From: Vicugna vicugna
Lineage: Eukaryota
Reading direction: 5' to 3'
DNA: 64,000 bases
NCBI GenBank assembly: GCA_013265495.1
Contig: MU058009.1
Coordinates: 4,656,739-4,720,738 of the forward strand
Numbering within the stretch: the stretch's first letter is position 1; each line of letters opens with the position of its first letter. A program made the translations under genes and the position numbers. This document shows positions 63,432 through 64,000 of the stretch, piece by piece. The notes under the pieces are model-generated. The model ran no database searches. It saw only the letters and a program-made list of their open reading frames with translations, and had not been told where the DNA came from.

Positions 63432-64000
63432 CCTTCTTATATGAGGCAAGTCAGAGTGACAGAGCCAGACAAGGGGACGCAGTGCTTAGTGGATATGCTA
63501 TGACAACAGGTTACTAAGCCCTGCCTTGTCTGTCCTCACGGTGACCAGAGCCATATACACTTTCCACGTGACATACTTCTTCACGCCTTCAGCATCCCCA
63601 GCCTTCTGCCTCGCTGGAGTCAGGCCAGACTCATGCCCCTGAGGGCAATACATTGTAACGCAAGAAGCCGTATTTAAATATCACATCATAACAATTCTGC
63701 AGTGGACCACGGTATCAAAGCAACTAACTCTTGATTTTCTTAGGTGGCTTCCATCTTGCCAAATTTTACCCTAAACAACTTAATTTCTGTCCATTAACAC
63801 ATTTTAGAATTCTTTCTATCCAAGTTCTCCAGAAATACCATTCAACCATGAAATGGTCCTGCAAATGCATCCTGAACCAAAACTCTAGGTGAAAAACAAA
63901 GACACAAGATTTCCCCAAAGCATTAGTAATTTATTTCCTAAAAATAGATTGTTTCAAGTGTTCGGATTCACCAGCATCCCTTACTTTAAGAGGACAGATC

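Noticed and set aside
62592..63517. 253-283-aa His/Thr and Cys/Val ORFs; CRISPR-like appearance of the periodic repeats
   Set aside because: TG-derived minisatellite without unique spacers or cas genes, in a mammalian context.
1..64000. Naming the host gene, the locus or the exact species
   Set aside because: No recognisable exon. A gene desert or large intron of an artiodactyl (possibly camelid) is only an inference and needs BLAST.

Overview
Mammalian non-coding DNA that is GC- and CpG-rich and looks distal or subtelomeric. I find no supportable protein-coding gene, RNA gene, CRISPR array or prokaryote-type system. The long ORFs in the track are simple-repeat read-throughs or chance ORFs in GC-rich sequence; the only ORFs with a recognisable protein are decayed LINE-1 ORF2 pieces at 30.3-30.8 kb. 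The window holds ancient eutherian repeats (MIR, L2, L1MC/L1ME, a probably near full-length HAL1, MLT1 internal plus LTR, MER3, a Tigger remnant) and two younger L1 fragments of artiodactyl type. A camelid source is a guess, based on L1 wording and the absence of Bov-tA, PRE-1, CHR or Alu-type SINEs. There are also several large micro- and minisatellites, a 14-N gap and a CpG-island-like segment at about 50.5-52.3 kb. Many short AT-rich, homeodomain-motif-dense islands resemble conserved non-coding enhancers of a gene desert or giant intron. Repeat families were assigned by resemblance to remembered consensus sequences, not by a database search, so subfamily names and boundaries are approximate. 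The best leads are a near-consensus REST/RE1 site in an L2 remnant, an old ~275-bp non-tandem local duplication, a near-identical 239-bp-offset duplication next to a minisatellite, and the orphan CpG island. I see no evidence for a previously undescribed biological system.
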